From a virus: a stretch of DNA of 64,000 nt. The notes under the pieces are model-generated. The model had not been told where the DNA came from. It worked only from the letters and a program-made list of their open reading frames with translations, and ran no database searches. A program made the position numbers and the translations under genes. This document shows, one piece after another, positions 9,140 through 18,989 of this stretch (positions are counted from its first letter, which is position 1; each line of letters starts with the position of its first letter). The DNA lies in the IMG/VR virus record IMGVR_UViG_3300025788_000001, positions 3,074 through 67,073 of that record. One strand, 5' to 3'.

Positions 9140-10702
9140 TTAAATTTCGCCTATCTCCTCCTTATACAGATTGAGCAGAATGTCATGTCCTTCAACACGC
9201 TTTTCTAACTGCGCAAACATCCGCTTTTCTATATCGCTACCTTGTAAGTGTATCACAGTAACATTCGTACCTGTCTGTCCAATACGATCTGCTCTAGCAA
9301 TGCACTGTAGGTAAGTCTCTACAGACATAACGGGGCCATAAAATACTACTGTATCCGCGGCTGTAAGCGTTACCCCATGAGAGGCTGCCTGGGGTTGGAC
9401 TACCAGTATACGCGGATTAGGTTCTGTTTGGAACCGTTTAAATATATCGGTACGCTTATTAACCGATACATCGCCATGAATCACCTCTGCCGCCACGTTA
9501 TGCTTAAGAAGGTACTCGTGGATGGTCTCGATGCTGTGCCTAAAGGGTGCAAATACAATCACCTTTCTGTTGGTTTCTTCCAACACTTCTAGCAAAACAT
9601 TCAAGCGAGGAGCGCAGTCAAATTCCACGACCTCATGGCTGTCGGTGTATGCCGCACCAGCAGAAATCTGTAGTAGCTTGGATACACCAGCCGCGGCGTT
9701 AACTGCCGTGATAGTCTCGCCCGAAGCCTGCATAACCATGCGCTCTTTGAGGAGCTTATAGTACTTGACTTGCTGTGGGGTTAGGGGTATCTCTCGTGTC
9801 TCAGTTAGTACTGGTGGTAGGTCTGTACACTCTTCTTTGGTAAACCTAATGGCAGGTTGCAACGCAGCAAATACCGCCTCAGCCGCCCCGCTCTTAGGAA
9901 CCCATTTGAATTGGGTAAGCTTTTTCATAACCTTGTCGCGCCACGCAGTAGCAAACTTTGGTACACCAGTCGGGTTAACTAACTTAGCTAAACCATACGC
10001 ATCCACAGGCGACTGCGCAGAAGGAGTTCCTGTCATCATCCACAACATTGAATCAGGGTGCAGAATTCTATTAAGGGACTTCCATCGTTTAGTTGATGCG
10101 TTCTTGTATGCGTTGGCTTCATCTACTATGACTAAATCAAACCGCCCATCGCGTGCAACTTCCTCGGCAATTAAGTTAAGCCCATCGTAGTTAACGATAA
10201 CGAACTCATAGTCGCCTTGAACCATCTCGATACGCCGACTAGCCTGAGCATGGTGCGCCGCAATTGCAGACCTATGGATTATGCTGTTAGATATACCGCT
10301 TATCCAAGCATCGTGCATGATTGATAAAGGGCACAAGATTAAGCAACGTCTGACTTTCTTTAGCCGCATCAAGTAATCCGCCGCCCATAAAGCACTAAGC
10401 GTCTTACCAGTTCCAGGGTCATTAAATACAAACGCTCTTGGGTTAAGTGTTAAGAAGGAGGATGTTTCAACCTGATGCGCAAAAGGTCTATGCCTGCCTG
10501 GCCAATCATACCTAGCCGTTATGGGCGAGACTACATCTTTAACACCTAAGTTTCTTAATACCCTTACTTCCTCTAGACCCCAAAATACTGCCATCTCATA
10601 TACACCACCATTCTCACCGACTATCTTACTGCGCGGAATAATACTGTACTTATCGGGGTCACGCGTCCTAAATACTAGAGCTTTGTTCTCTACTATTTCC
10701 AT
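9140..10702 (-). CDS. SNF2-family (SF2) helicase
   Basis: DPGTGKT, VDEA, MTGTP, HGVTLT and QCIARADRIGQ motifs. Confidence 0.9.
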   Translation of the reverse strand: MEIVENKALVFRTRDPDKYSIIPRSKIVGENGGVYEMAVFWGLEEVRVLRNLGVKDVVSPITARYDWPGRHRPFAHQVETSSFLTLNPRAFVFNDPGTGKTLSALWAADYLMRLKKVRRCLILCPLSIMHDAWISGISNSIIHRSAIAAHHAQASRRIEMVQGDYEFVIVNYDGLNLIAEEVARDGRFDLVIVDEANAYKNASTKRWKSLNRILHPDSMLWMMTGTPSAQSPVDAYGLAKLVNPTGVPKFATAWRDKVMKKLTQFKWVPKSGAAEAVFAALQPAIRFTKEECTDLPPVLTETREIPLTPQQVKYYKLLKERMVMQASGETITAVNAAAGVSKLLQISAGAAYTDSHEVVEFDCAPRLNVLLEVLEETNRKVIVFAPFRHSIETIHEYLLKHNVAAEVIHGDVSVNKRTDIFKRFQTEPNPRILVVQPQAASHGVTLTAADTVVFYGPVMSVETYLQCIARADRIGQTGTNVTVIHLQGSDIEKRMFAQLEKRVEGHDILLNLYKEEIGEI

Positions 10703-10847
10703 CTTCGTTTCTCTCTTCTTTTTGTTTTATGTAATCGTTCAAAGTCTTTGGTTGTTTTTTTCCAAAGATTGCTTCAAAGTTTTTATCAAACTGTTCTAGT
10801 TCTACACCTAATGGGCGAGGTGTATCGCCTTTACCACCATCTCTCAT
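10668..10847 (-). CDS. Small hypothetical protein (59 aa, not in ORF track)
   Basis: MRDGGKGDTPRPLGVELEQFDKNFEAIFGKK...; ATGA-coupled to the upstream gene. Confidence 0.55.
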   Translation of the reverse strand: MRDGGKGDTPRPLGVELEQFDKNFEAIFGKKQPKTLNDYIKQKEERNEDGNSREQSSSI

Positions 10848-11089
10848 TCTTTTTCCTTTGCTAATATCTGAGCTGCTCTATGAATTTTTCCATCAAACCA
10901 ACGACGAACAACATAACTGCGAACAACAGAAATGACTGTGTAAAGTAATCCCATGTAAAAGTTGTTAGTAAGAGTAATATGGAACCCAAAAAGAGGAAGG
11001 ATAAGCAGGTTAGCAACAAAGTTAATACCAAAACCAATCCCCACATTGATACACGCTTCATAAAAACTCCCTAGTTTAGTCTGCCTCAT
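10844..11089 (-). CDS. Small two-TM membrane protein
   Basis: Two hydrophobic segments, then RSYVVRRWF. Confidence 0.7.
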   Translation of the reverse strand: MRQTKLGSFYEACINVGIGFGINFVANLLILPLFGFHITLTNNFYMGLLYTVISVVRSYVVRRWFDGKIHRAAQILAKEKE

Positions 11090-11631
11090 TTCTCTTGTGC
11101 CTTTCTTAGTATTGCTCTAGCAAAATCTATTTGGTAGTGATGCCAATTTTTATAGTCTTTAAACACTTCATCTGCTACCTTCCGTATTTCCTCATCTGTT
11201 AGTGTCTTTGCTGGATGGGTGTAGAGTGGAATAGCAAGATAACCTTCTGCTGGTTCATACCCAACATAAACAAATTCACCGCCTACACTACTCATCCACG
11301 CTACTGGTTTGTTGTCAACTTGTAATAGCTGATTAGCGACATTTTTGGCATCATCGTAGCTATTGAGCGACATTTTAGTTTTTAATTCTTCTATCTCAGC
11401 TTGTTGCTGGCGTAGCATGGTGGCTGTCTGCATAAATATTTCGCCAGAAAAACCATTAGCCCTAGCTTCAGAGGCTTTATTTCCTTGAAATTCAATCAGT
11501 TCATTTGCGTTCAGAGAAGTCCGATTAGGGTTTACTCTTTTCCATATATGTTCATATGTGTAGCCTAGCGCAAGAGCTTCTGCCTCGGTCATTGCGAGCC
11601 TGTTTCCATCTTTGTCATGAAATATAATCAT
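11086..11631 (-). CDS. Mosaic-family protein containing all shared modules (NANEL, ATMLRQQQAEIE, PVAW, IPLYTHPAKTLTDEEI, FARAILRKAQEK)
   Basis: Near-identical DNA blocks shared with genes at 18087-20520. Confidence 0.75.
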   Translation of the reverse strand: MIIFHDKDGNRLAMTEAEALALGYTYEHIWKRVNPNRTSLNANELIEFQGNKASEARANGFSGEIFMQTATMLRQQQAEIEELKTKMSLNSYDDAKNVANQLLQVDNKPVAWMSSVGGEFVYVGYEPAEGYLAIPLYTHPAKTLTDEEIRKVADEVFKDYKNWHHYQIDFARAILRKAQEK

Positions 11632-11735
11632 TTTCTTCTCCGATTAACCATATCTTTTTGAATGATAATTCCACCAAAATAAATTAAGACAGCTATATAC
11701 ACAACGACTAGCACACCTATAATAATTTCATTCAT
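11628..11735 (-). CDS. Single-TM peptide (35 aa, not in ORF track)
   Basis: MNEIIIGVLVVVYIAVLIYFGGIIIQKDMVNRRRK; ATGA overlaps at both ends. Confidence 0.5.
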   Translation of the reverse strand: MNEIIIGVLVVVYIAVLIYFGGIIIQKDMVNRRRK

Positions 11736-12130
11736 GGCATTAACTCTTTAGGTGGACGATCATCGCCTTCTCGGTAAGTCTTGCTATACAGCGTTAGCAT
11801 CCGTAGATTACACATCACATGAGCTAGATGTGGTAGTCCTGATTCGGGGTCTAGTTCTTCACCTCGTTGCCAAGCAGCTAAGTGTCTCATTGCACAAGCA
11901 TAGGGAACAGACCAAGGCATTCCTTTAGCCCAATTCCAAGCAGCATATTTCTTTGTACCATACATCCAAACTCTAGCCTCATCTTCCAATGTAGCTAGTG
12001 GGATCAAACTAAGATCGGCTTTACCGCCGTTGAACCTAGCGCCTGATCCTTTTGCTGTACTGTTTACATCTCCTATACCTTTAGTTACTGTATCGTCACT
12101 GTGGTATACGTATTCTTCGTTTGGCATCAT
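11732..12130 (-). CDS. DUF5664-type dATP/dGTP diphosphohydrolase
   Basis: GKADLSLIP..GTKKYAAWNWAKG..RHL..DPESGLPHLAHVMCN signature. Confidence 0.8.
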   Translation of the reverse strand: MMPNEEYVYHSDDTVTKGIGDVNSTAKGSGARFNGGKADLSLIPLATLEDEARVWMYGTKKYAAWNWAKGMPWSVPYACAMRHLAAWQRGEELDPESGLPHLAHVMCNLRMLTLYSKTYREGDDRPPKELMP

Positions 12131-12136
12131 TCCTCC

Positions 12137-12394
12137 TTATTTGATTGAGCCATCTGCCTTCCTTGGGAAACTTCTATTAGCACTAGCACTCTTAGCTTTA
12201 AGATTACTTCGTACCGTCTTACCGCCTTTGCTTAGGGGCTTGGTGTGATCTACATCCTTGCCATCGCCTTTATGCACTACGCCTTCCCTCTCAAGCATAC
12301 GTCTAGCTTTATTGCGTTGGGCGCGTTTCTTCTTAACGGCTTCTGTGCCGTCGTAGTTTAGGTACTCTTGTCGAAAATTACGCTTAGCTACCAT
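12137..12394 (-). CDS. Small HNH-type protein
   Basis: GKDVDHTKPLSKGG..SNL..ANR. Confidence 0.7.
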   Translation of the reverse strand: MVAKRNFRQEYLNYDGTEAVKKKRAQRNKARRMLEREGVVHKGDGKDVDHTKPLSKGGKTVRSNLKAKSASANRSFPRKADGSIK

Positions 12395-12893
12395 TTTTAA
12401 GTCCTTTCTTATTGTGCTCGGCTACTGCCTCACACCAATCAATAAATTCCTCTACAGAGGTATCGTTTCTAAAGCTGTTTACTGCCCTACAAACCATTTG
12501 AATATTATCGGGCGTATACCCTCCGCCTGCAACAATACGATCTATGGACGCATTTGTTTTTGTTATTACGCCTTTTTCTAAAGAGCAGGTCAAGTCTCGC
12601 CCCGTTAGAGCACACTTGTAGTTTTGCTTTTCAAGTCTGTCTAGAATAATCTGCTTAGTTAGTTTGTCTCTTTTTCTACCGCCATAATACAAAAGGCGTG
12701 CGGCATACCTTGACCAATCACCGCTTATATATGCGTATTGATTCTCAGTAGACTGTATACCTGTAATGTATTTCCATTTGCCTTTACATTGTGGAGAACA
12801 AAATTTATGTACGCCCGAACGTGGAGTAAACAAAGTACCACAAACAGCGCATGCTTTTTGTTTAAATGTTTGTGGTGTGTCCCAGCGTGGCAT
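12384..12893 (-). CDS. HNH-like endonuclease with Zn finger
   Basis: CAVC..CSPQC; CALTG..SIDRI..GYTPDNIQMVC..VN. Confidence 0.7.
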   Translation of the reverse strand: MPRWDTPQTFKQKACAVCGTLFTPRSGVHKFCSPQCKGKWKYITGIQSTENQYAYISGDWSRYAARLLYYGGRKRDKLTKQIILDRLEKQNYKCALTGRDLTCSLEKGVITKTNASIDRIVAGGGYTPDNIQMVCRAVNSFRNDTSVEEFIDWCEAVAEHNKKGLKNGS

Positions 12894-12904
12894 TTTGTTC
12901 TCTC

Positions 12905-13573
12905 TTAATAATGTTTGCGGTGAAACTCACAGCTTTTTACAGGACACCACCCACATAGCGGGGTGCTATTTGGATTCCATATGTCATTGTCGTGGCTAGA
13001 GGCGAGCTTGGCAACCCGTTCTCTATACTTATTCCAATGGTAAGGGGCATCTTCTAACAGCATTTTATGCTTAACCGCACTCCCTTTAACTACAAATAGT
13101 AGGGCTGAGTTAACTTGCCGTATGTGGGGGAAGTGAGCAAACACCATCAAAGACATTAGGATTAGCTGATCTCGGTCAGGATACTTGTCGTTGCCTGTCT
13201 TATAGTCAATAACCCAAGCCTTTAAGCCATCGTCATCAATAATAAGTAAGTCAGCAATACCGCGTACCCAAACGTCGTCATCTTTAAAACCGCATGGGGA
13301 GAGGTCAACCCTCAACCCCATCTCATACTCAGCTAACTTGCGTCCTTCTTTTTTAAGTAGGCTATCCAGTACTGGCTTCATGTAGTCATACTCAGGGGGC
13401 AGGGGTGTGCCATCCTTAACGTAAACTTCTGCCGCTTCATGCACTTGCTTACCGTAGATAGTGTGGACAGTATCAGTGAAGGGGTAGTTTTTAAGTACCT
13501 TGACTTCATGAAACCTCCTAGCACAACCTTCGTAATCTTTAAGCCCTGAATGGCTCCACTTAATTGTAGTCAT
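12905..13573 (-). CDS. PD-(D/E)XK exonuclease (Cas4/RecB-like)
   Basis: WSHS..C, GIADL..IDYKTG, QL, C-terminal CGWCPVKSC. Confidence 0.85.
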   Translation of the reverse strand: MTTIKWSHSGLKDYEGCARRFHEVKVLKNYPFTDTVHTIYGKQVHEAAEVYVKDGTPLPPEYDYMKPVLDSLLKKEGRKLAEYEMGLRVDLSPCGFKDDDVWVRGIADLLIIDDDGLKAWVIDYKTGNDKYPDRDQLILMSLMVFAHFPHIRQVNSALLFVVKGSAVKHKMLLEDAPYHWNKYRERVAKLASSHDNDIWNPNSTPLCGWCPVKSCEFHRKHY

Positions 13574-13869
13574 TAGAATTTTGCTGTTCGTATGGCTTGT
13601 TCAAGGCGGTCGGCAAACCCACTAACAAATGTTTCCTTGGCGTTTAGTTTGGACTCACCCATATCGTACAAAATAGCATGAACAATCTCATGCCACAAAG
13701 TATTATGTTGCCGCGATGCCGCCTGCTTAGCAATGGATATAGTGTGGTTACTGTAGTTATATGCACCTCGGCACTCATCCCTACCGACAAACACACTATC
13801 GTATAGCTCTACTTTGATTTTGGTTTTGCCTATTGTTATTACCTTTGGTACTGCAAATCGTTTGGTCAC
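13573..13869 (-). CDS. Small HExxH metallopeptidase-like protein
   Basis: TLWHEIVHAIL..E. Confidence 0.6.
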   Translation of the reverse strand: MTKRFAVPKVITIGKTKIKVELYDSVFVGRDECRGAYNYSNHTISIAKQAASRQHNTLWHEIVHAILYDMGESKLNAKETFVSGFADRLEQAIRTAKF

Positions 13870-15854
13870 TTCGCTTCTCCATATCGTTTGGCACAGCCGG
13901 TCTCAGCGTCAAGAGGGATTCCTGACATGTACTTAGGATCTGCTACCATCTGCGCGTGTACCCAAGTTTCAGCTCCTACGGCTTCTGTCTCGGGAACTAG
14001 TACTACAACTTCATCATGCACAGTTAGTACACACGGATACCTCTTTTGTATCCGTAGCATCCCATCCGTCATGACACATCGTGCTACTGCTTGCACAATA
14101 TTTTCTACTATTTTACCACCATACAGCTTCTTAGGCTTGTTCTTATCATCCCCACCATACTGCCATTGGATTCTACCCTTGTTGTCAGCTACTCCTTCAA
14201 GGTTTGGGTATCTTAAAGATAGCCCACTAGGTAGCTCAATGCTCTCCTTGGCAAACTTAATGCACTTGTAAGGATGTTCTTTACCCCTAGATAAGCAAGT
14301 CAAAATAGCATCGCTACATAGTTGCCAAAAAGCAACAACTGGTTGGGCTTTACTTCTATAGATGTCGATGATCTTCTTGGCAGATACGCAATGAATCAAT
14401 AGCTCGTCCTCCGTACAAGTATGAGGTATAGCCCGCATCTTTTCTAAGTTATTATCCCACCCAATAAAGTCTTGCATGTCTTGGCCAGTAACACCGAGTT
14501 GTTTAGCAAACGCTTTATCGTACATCGTAGGGGGTGCACCTAGAAAGCCCGTCAATAATTGAGCCGCAAAGCTAGCCCAACCCATGCCATAGCCACATCC
14601 TAAGAGAGCTGACTTCGCTGATTGGCGGAGATCCGCATGGTCTTTTTTATTGAGACCGGCAATACCGAACATCTGTGCTCCGAACGCCGCATATGCGTCT
14701 TGCCCTGACGCAAAGATTTCAAGAAGATTTTGATAGTCGGCGAGGTACGCAAGTACACGCGGTTCAATCTGCGATAGGTCGCAAACAACGAGAGTGTAAC
14801 CTCTCGGCGCTTGAATACTTTTGCGTAAAAAAGACCCCCGCTTGAGGTTCTGCAGATTAAGCCCCGAACCCTTGCTCGCTGACCAACGACCGGTGTGGGC
14901 GCCGTAATAATTGAGCGGGACAGGTAGCGTACCTCGTTCTGATATATCCACGAACCTTTGCGCTCGCGTTCTTTCAAGTGTCGACTTAACTTTAAGCCTC
15001 GCTTCACAAATAAGCGATACGTCTTCGTTGTTTGAATTAAGCAGTGCTTGGAAGAGGGCATCCGTTTTAGCGAAAGCGAAAGCTTCTTTACCAGTCGTCT
15101 TGCTAATTTTTGTTGGGGGGGATACCCCAAGTGCCCTAAGGACTTCAGCAAACTGATCGTTACTAGCCAACGCCGTTTCATCAACGTTAACTTTTTTAAG
15201 GATCGCTTCGCGCTTGGTACGCTCATCAATAATGGCTTCATTCAACATCTCCTTATCAAGTTCAAGGACGGGGTCAATAAACATTTTTAGTGTGAGGTCG
15301 ATAAGCTTTAGCTCACCTTTTGGATAGCCACCCGTGATTTCCTCGTTTAAGCTATTAAATATTGCTTCGCACAAGAACACATCATGAAGACAATAAGTCG
15401 CTAGCTCTTCCTCTATGTTTAGCGGTAGTTCCTCCAAGCCGTCGGTAGAGTAGACTGCTTGCCCTTTTGGTGGGAGCTCGTAGTATTCTGCGAGTTTGGC
15501 GAGGCTATTTCCGACCTCAACGCCCCTAAGAGCACGAGCCATAGATAGAGAATCAAAAATAAAAATAGGATGCGCGCCGTAAACCCATGACAAAATCGCC
15601 ACATCAAACTGGGCATTGTGCGCAAGCACCGCCGTCCGACTCCAATCAACTGACTCGACCCATTGAGGGAGGTTCTCATGCGTAACCCAATGCGACTTGT
15701 CATCGCCATACTCTTTCCAACCAATTCCAAATGCTTTAAATTTATCATCACGAATGTACTCCTCCGTTGTCATCTTAGATAGGGTGTAGTCTGACCTATC
15801 CCATCTTGTCTCAAAGTCCACGACCAGTAGTCGGTCAAATGGTTTGTTTGCCAT
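13866..15854 (-). CDS. polA: Family A DNA polymerase with 3'-5' exonuclease
   Basis: DFET and HNAQFD exonuclease motifs; DLSQIEPR (A), RQSAKSALLGCGYG (B), TVHDE (C). Confidence 0.92.
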   Translation of the reverse strand: MANKPFDRLLVVDFETRWDRSDYTLSKMTTEEYIRDDKFKAFGIGWKEYGDDKSHWVTHENLPQWVESVDWSRTAVLAHNAQFDVAILSWVYGAHPIFIFDSLSMARALRGVEVGNSLAKLAEYYELPPKGQAVYSTDGLEELPLNIEEELATYCLHDVFLCEAIFNSLNEEITGGYPKGELKLIDLTLKMFIDPVLELDKEMLNEAIIDERTKREAILKKVNVDETALASNDQFAEVLRALGVSPPTKISKTTGKEAFAFAKTDALFQALLNSNNEDVSLICEARLKVKSTLERTRAQRFVDISERGTLPVPLNYYGAHTGRWSASKGSGLNLQNLKRGSFLRKSIQAPRGYTLVVCDLSQIEPRVLAYLADYQNLLEIFASGQDAYAAFGAQMFGIAGLNKKDHADLRQSAKSALLGCGYGMGWASFAAQLLTGFLGAPPTMYDKAFAKQLGVTGQDMQDFIGWDNNLEKMRAIPHTCTEDELLIHCVSAKKIIDIYRSKAQPVVAFWQLCSDAILTCLSRGKEHPYKCIKFAKESIELPSGLSLRYPNLEGVADNKGRIQWQYGGDDKNKPKKLYGGKIVENIVQAVARCVMTDGMLRIQKRYPCVLTVHDEVVVLVPETEAVGAETWVHAQMVADPKYMSGIPLDAETGCAKRYGEAK

Positions 15855-15862
15855 TGGGTTCC

Positions 15863-16066
15863 TTAGTTAAATATAAATACACCAAATAGGGTGGCTACAA
15901 GCACACCCACATATACTACTGAAACCGTTTTGCGTCTTTTAATTTCTTTAATGTTTCCTATAAGGGCTGTTTGTAGAATCTCCATATCCCCATCAATCGG
16001 TGGTCGCCGATCAGGGCGGTAGTTAATACCCATTTTTATTTTGCCGTTATCGTAAGGAACATTCAT
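15863..16066 (-). CDS. Small protein with C-terminal TM helix
   Basis: 67 aa with a hydrophobic C-terminus. Confidence 0.6.
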   Translation of the reverse strand: MNVPYDNGKIKMGINYRPDRRPPIDGDMEILQTALIGNIKEIKRRKTVSVVYVGVLVATLFGVFIFN

Positions 16067-16236
16067 ACATGCCCTCCAGTAACCAGACTTGGGGCACTTC
16101 TAAACGTTTTTAAATCGCGTTCTCGTGGGTGGATTGTTGGTTTGTAGATGACCGTAGTATTTACAGTTCTTGGTTGTGCCCATTTGATTGGGTCGGATTT
16201 ATCTTCTTCGATTACTCTTTTTGGTTTACTACTCAT
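16063..16236 (-). CDS. Small hypothetical protein (57 aa, not in ORF track)
   Basis: MSSKPKRVIEEDKSDPIKW...; its stop overlaps the next start. Confidence 0.5.
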   Translation of the reverse strand: MSSKPKRVIEEDKSDPIKWAQPRTVNTTVIYKPTIHPRERDLKTFRSAPSLVTGGHV

Positions 16237-16245
16237 TTGTTTTCC

Positions 16246-16473
16246 CTAGTTTAATGTTCGGTTATCCATGTGTTGCTTTACATAGAACCCAGTTGTTACA
16301 GCCGCATCATTCAGTAGCTCAGGAACTTCCCATTCTTCGATGTTAATTCCATAAATCTTAACTACCTGAGACTCGTAGTCGTAGCCTACAACAATGGCAC
16401 AGGAATTCTTTTCCTCGTCCACGCAGTCGTTCAGTATATCTTGTACTGCTTTGTAGGTTTCATTAGCTTCCAT
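16246..16473 (-). CDS. Hypothetical protein
   Basis: ORF within the operon. Confidence 0.6.
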   Translation of the reverse strand: MEANETYKAVQDILNDCVDEEKNSCAIVVGYDYESQVVKIYGINIEEWEVPELLNDAAVTTGFYVKQHMDNRTLN

Positions 16474-16771
16474 GTCGATCCTTTAGTTCTTGCAAAGTGT
16501 CAGTAACATCATAAATGTTATCTTCATTTACGACCATTGTTACTCCGCCAGCCTTTCGTATTAACGCCATTTGCGCTTCTTGGAGAGGAGTAGGTTTGTT
16601 ATTGCCCGCCTTACACTCGATGCCAATAAACAAACCAAGGTAACAAGCCACAATATCAGGTACACCACTACGCCCAAAACCTCCAGTAACAGGGTAGAAA
16701 TAATACGCCCCATAAGAGTTAAGTACATTGACCACCTTCTTCTTGACCTTGGCTTCGGGTGTCATGCTCAT
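16463..16771 (-). CDS. VRR-NUC domain nuclease (putative resolvase)
   Basis: E..V, GVPDIV, FIGIECK..KPTPLQ. Confidence 0.85.
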   Translation of the reverse strand: MSMTPEAKVKKKVVNVLNSYGAYYFYPVTGGFGRSGVPDIVACYLGLFIGIECKAGNNKPTPLQEAQMALIRKAGGVTMVVNEDNIYDVTDTLQELKDRHGS

Positions 16772-16965
16772 TGTAGTTCCGCATTGCGTCTCCTAACTTC
16801 GTCGATCCGTTGTAAACAAGCTACTATCTGAAAGCGTTGTTTATCTAGCATCTGAAAATCGCCGACAGCTTCCGCCTTAAGTGCAAGAATAACCTCAGCC
16901 TCTAAATTACATAACGCCGCATTTTCCCTGACTATCTTTAGTACTTCCAACTCACTTAACTGCAT
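16768..16965 (-). CDS. Hypothetical protein
   Basis: ORF with coupled overlaps. Confidence 0.5.
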   Translation of the reverse strand: MQLSELEVLKIVRENAALCNLEAEVILALKAEAVGDFQMLDKQRFQIVACLQRIDEVRRRNAELQ

Positions 16966-17245
16966 TGCGTAGCTCCTTCATAAATTCCCTTCCTTTATCA
17001 GTTAGCGCATGATACACGCTTCTTTTGTCGTCAGATTCGTTGTACTTGTGCATAAGCTTTTTAGCTATGGCGGAATTGACGTGGTATTGGGCAGTGGTAG
17101 ATACCATCGCCCCTTGCTTATTAACTAAAGCTAGAAGCCGAGTAGTTGTTATAGGCTCAGTCTTTTCCACCAAACCAATAACATACTCCTCGCCCCAAGA
17201 CACGCCAACCTCATCTCTAATATGTTGGGTGGCAAATATAGTCAT
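16952..17245 (-). CDS. MarR-like winged-helix protein
   Basis: DDKRSVYHALTDKGRE wing motif. Confidence 0.6.
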   Translation of the reverse strand: MTIFATQHIRDEVGVSWGEEYVIGLVEKTEPITTTRLLALVNKQGAMVSTTAQYHVNSAIAKKLMHKYNESDDKRSVYHALTDKGREFMKELRNAVK

Positions 17246-17823
17246 TACTTAATCTGCTTTCCGAACACTTGGTTAAGCTCAGCCCATAGCTCGCGTGCTT
17301 GGTAGATGTTAAGGCTATTTACTAAGTCCTTCACGCTAGTATGAACAGGCAAAACCGCAGGCTTGGTAAACTTTTCAACATTCTCGGCGTCTATCGTTGC
17401 TTGCTTCATACGCTTAGTCGCTTCCACTACACTAACATACTTCTTGCTTACCACCTTAACTGCCTTTTTCTTCTTACTGTAAAGCCCCTTGACCTGCGTT
17501 GTGTATGTAGAAGCTACCGCCCAGTATACGAATACCATGCGTCTACCGAACCCTTTGTAGTTCTTGTTTACAATCGGGGCACGCCCAATCAGTTGGCGGT
17601 CGTATAGGGTTTTAAGTGATGAGGCTAGCCCCGCAACGTCGTCTTTATCGATATCAAATGCGGTTCGCAAAGTTTCTAAACTACATTGAGGGTTGGCTTT
17701 GATGTGCTCGTATACAGATTCACAAAAAGATTTTTTCTCTGTTACTGGCGTAGATGTAACTTCTTCTACTGGTAGGTTCCAACTGTTGATGATTTTTTGT
17801 ACTTCAGTTTGAATATCTGGCAT
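17245..17823 (-). CDS. Hypothetical protein, possible winged helix
   Basis: 192 aa, AGGA RBS, basic. Confidence 0.6.
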   Translation of the reverse strand: MPDIQTEVQKIINSWNLPVEEVTSTPVTEKKSFCESVYEHIKANPQCSLETLRTAFDIDKDDVAGLASSLKTLYDRQLIGRAPIVNKNYKGFGRRMVFVYWAVASTYTTQVKGLYSKKKKAVKVVSKKYVSVVEATKRMKQATIDAENVEKFTKPAVLPVHTSVKDLVNSLNIYQARELWAELNQVFGKQIK

Positions 17824-17886
17824 AACTTTTCCTTTGTTTGTAATACTTCTGTAATTTTACTACAAATTTTAACTGTTGTTTTTTAA

Positions 17887-18090
17887 CTACTTTTTCTCAA
17901 TTAACTTAAACAGTTTCTCAACCATCTCTTCAGCGTCTAGTGCTATATTGATAAGGGCTAACAACTTCTCGTTAAATGCAGGTTCTAGGTTAGCGGCGTT
18001 ATCCACCGCCCCTATGTTTGTGAGTTCCGCTATTTCATTGTGTAGCGTTCTTATGTCCGAGCCTAGCTCGTTGATCCTTTGTTTATTCAT
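17887..18090 (-). CDS. Hypothetical protein
   Basis: Likely start MNKQRINE at the ATGA junction at 18087-18090. Confidence 0.5.
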   Translation of the reverse strand: MNKQRINELGSDIRTLHNEIAELTNIGAVDNAANLEPAFNEKLLALINIALDAEEMVEKLFKLIEKK

Positions 18091-18314
18091 TTCTCTTGTG
18101 CCTTTCCAATATCTATTGTAGGAATATCTACCCATTCCCCATACGCTATGCCTACCGAATACTTCTCTTTCCATATCTGCCACCATTTAGATATTTTGGT
18201 TTGTTCTTCATAAACATATCGCCATTGTGCAAGGTATTCATATTGCATTGCCGTTATATCAGCATAGGAGGATGGCACTAATCTTTTAGCCAATCGGTAT
18301 TCTTTTGTACGCAT
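18087..18314 (-). CDS. Hypothetical protein ending in the KAQEK junction module
   Basis: Ends ...GKAQEK with the shared junction DNA. Confidence 0.6.
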   Translation of the reverse strand: MRTKEYRLAKRLVPSSYADITAMQYEYLAQWRYVYEEQTKISKWWQIWKEKYSVGIAYGEWVDIPTIDIGKAQEK

Positions 18315-18529
18315 TATTTTTCTTGTGCCTTTCTTAGTATTGCTCTAGCAAATTCAATAATGTCTTGTGCGCCATTAAGATTATTCTTTTGTGTCCACAA
18401 AGCTAATATTTCACTATCTGTTAGTGTCTTTGCTGGATGGGTGTAGAGTGGAATATGGTAAATCTCGTCTTTAACCACACTAAAAAGTAATTCGTTAGCC
18501 GCCATCCACGCTACTGGTTCGTTGTTCAT
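18314..18529 (-). CDS. Mosaic-family protein (MNNEPVAW..IPLYTHPAKTLTD..FARAILRKAQEK)
   Basis: Shared DNA modules. Confidence 0.7.
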   Translation of the reverse strand: MNNEPVAWMAANELLFSVVKDEIYHIPLYTHPAKTLTDSEILALWTQKNNLNGAQDIIEFARAILRKAQEK

Positions 18530-18711
18530 TTGCAGTTCTTTCTTAATCGTTTAGTTTTATCTTCGTTATCACTAAAGTATTTACAATCCTTACCTTCTCT
18601 AGGACTATCTACAAAGTAAGACTGATACTCTGGTGTAGCCCTAGCAGTAAAGCGATAACATCTCTCACGCTTCTTACAGGTCTCGTCACGACACATTGTT
18701 ATATCAGCCAT
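18526..18711 (-). CDS. Small Cys-containing protein
   Basis: DITMC..C..CYRF..C. Confidence 0.6.
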   Translation of the reverse strand: MADITMCRDETCKKRERCYRFTARATPEYQSYFVDSPREGKDCKYFSDNEDKTKRLRKNCK

Positions 18712-18989
18712 TAGTTCATCCCCGTAAGTCCATGTTGCGACTGTACTGTCTTAACATATTGCACTGCGTCCCAGAAGCCATTCTCATACTCTTCAGATTG
18801 AGTCCCTGTCATCGTAATGTCTTCAGCCCACACAACCATTTTGTCAAGATGTACAAGCTGTCTATGCTGTTGCTCAATCAACTCCTGAGCTTTCATCAAG
18901 ATAACATGAGCAGTACCCCAAGGAAGTTCAGAAGTTTCTTCTAAGTAGTCGGTAATATCTTTTAATACTTTTTCTCTAAGCAGTCTCAT
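18711..18989 (-). CDS. Hypothetical protein
   Basis: Starts at a junction ATGA. Confidence 0.55.
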   Translation of the reverse strand: MRLLREKVLKDITDYLEETSELPWGTAHVILMKAQELIEQQHRQLVHLDKMVVWAEDITMTGTQSEEYENGFWDAVQYVKTVQSQHGLTGMN

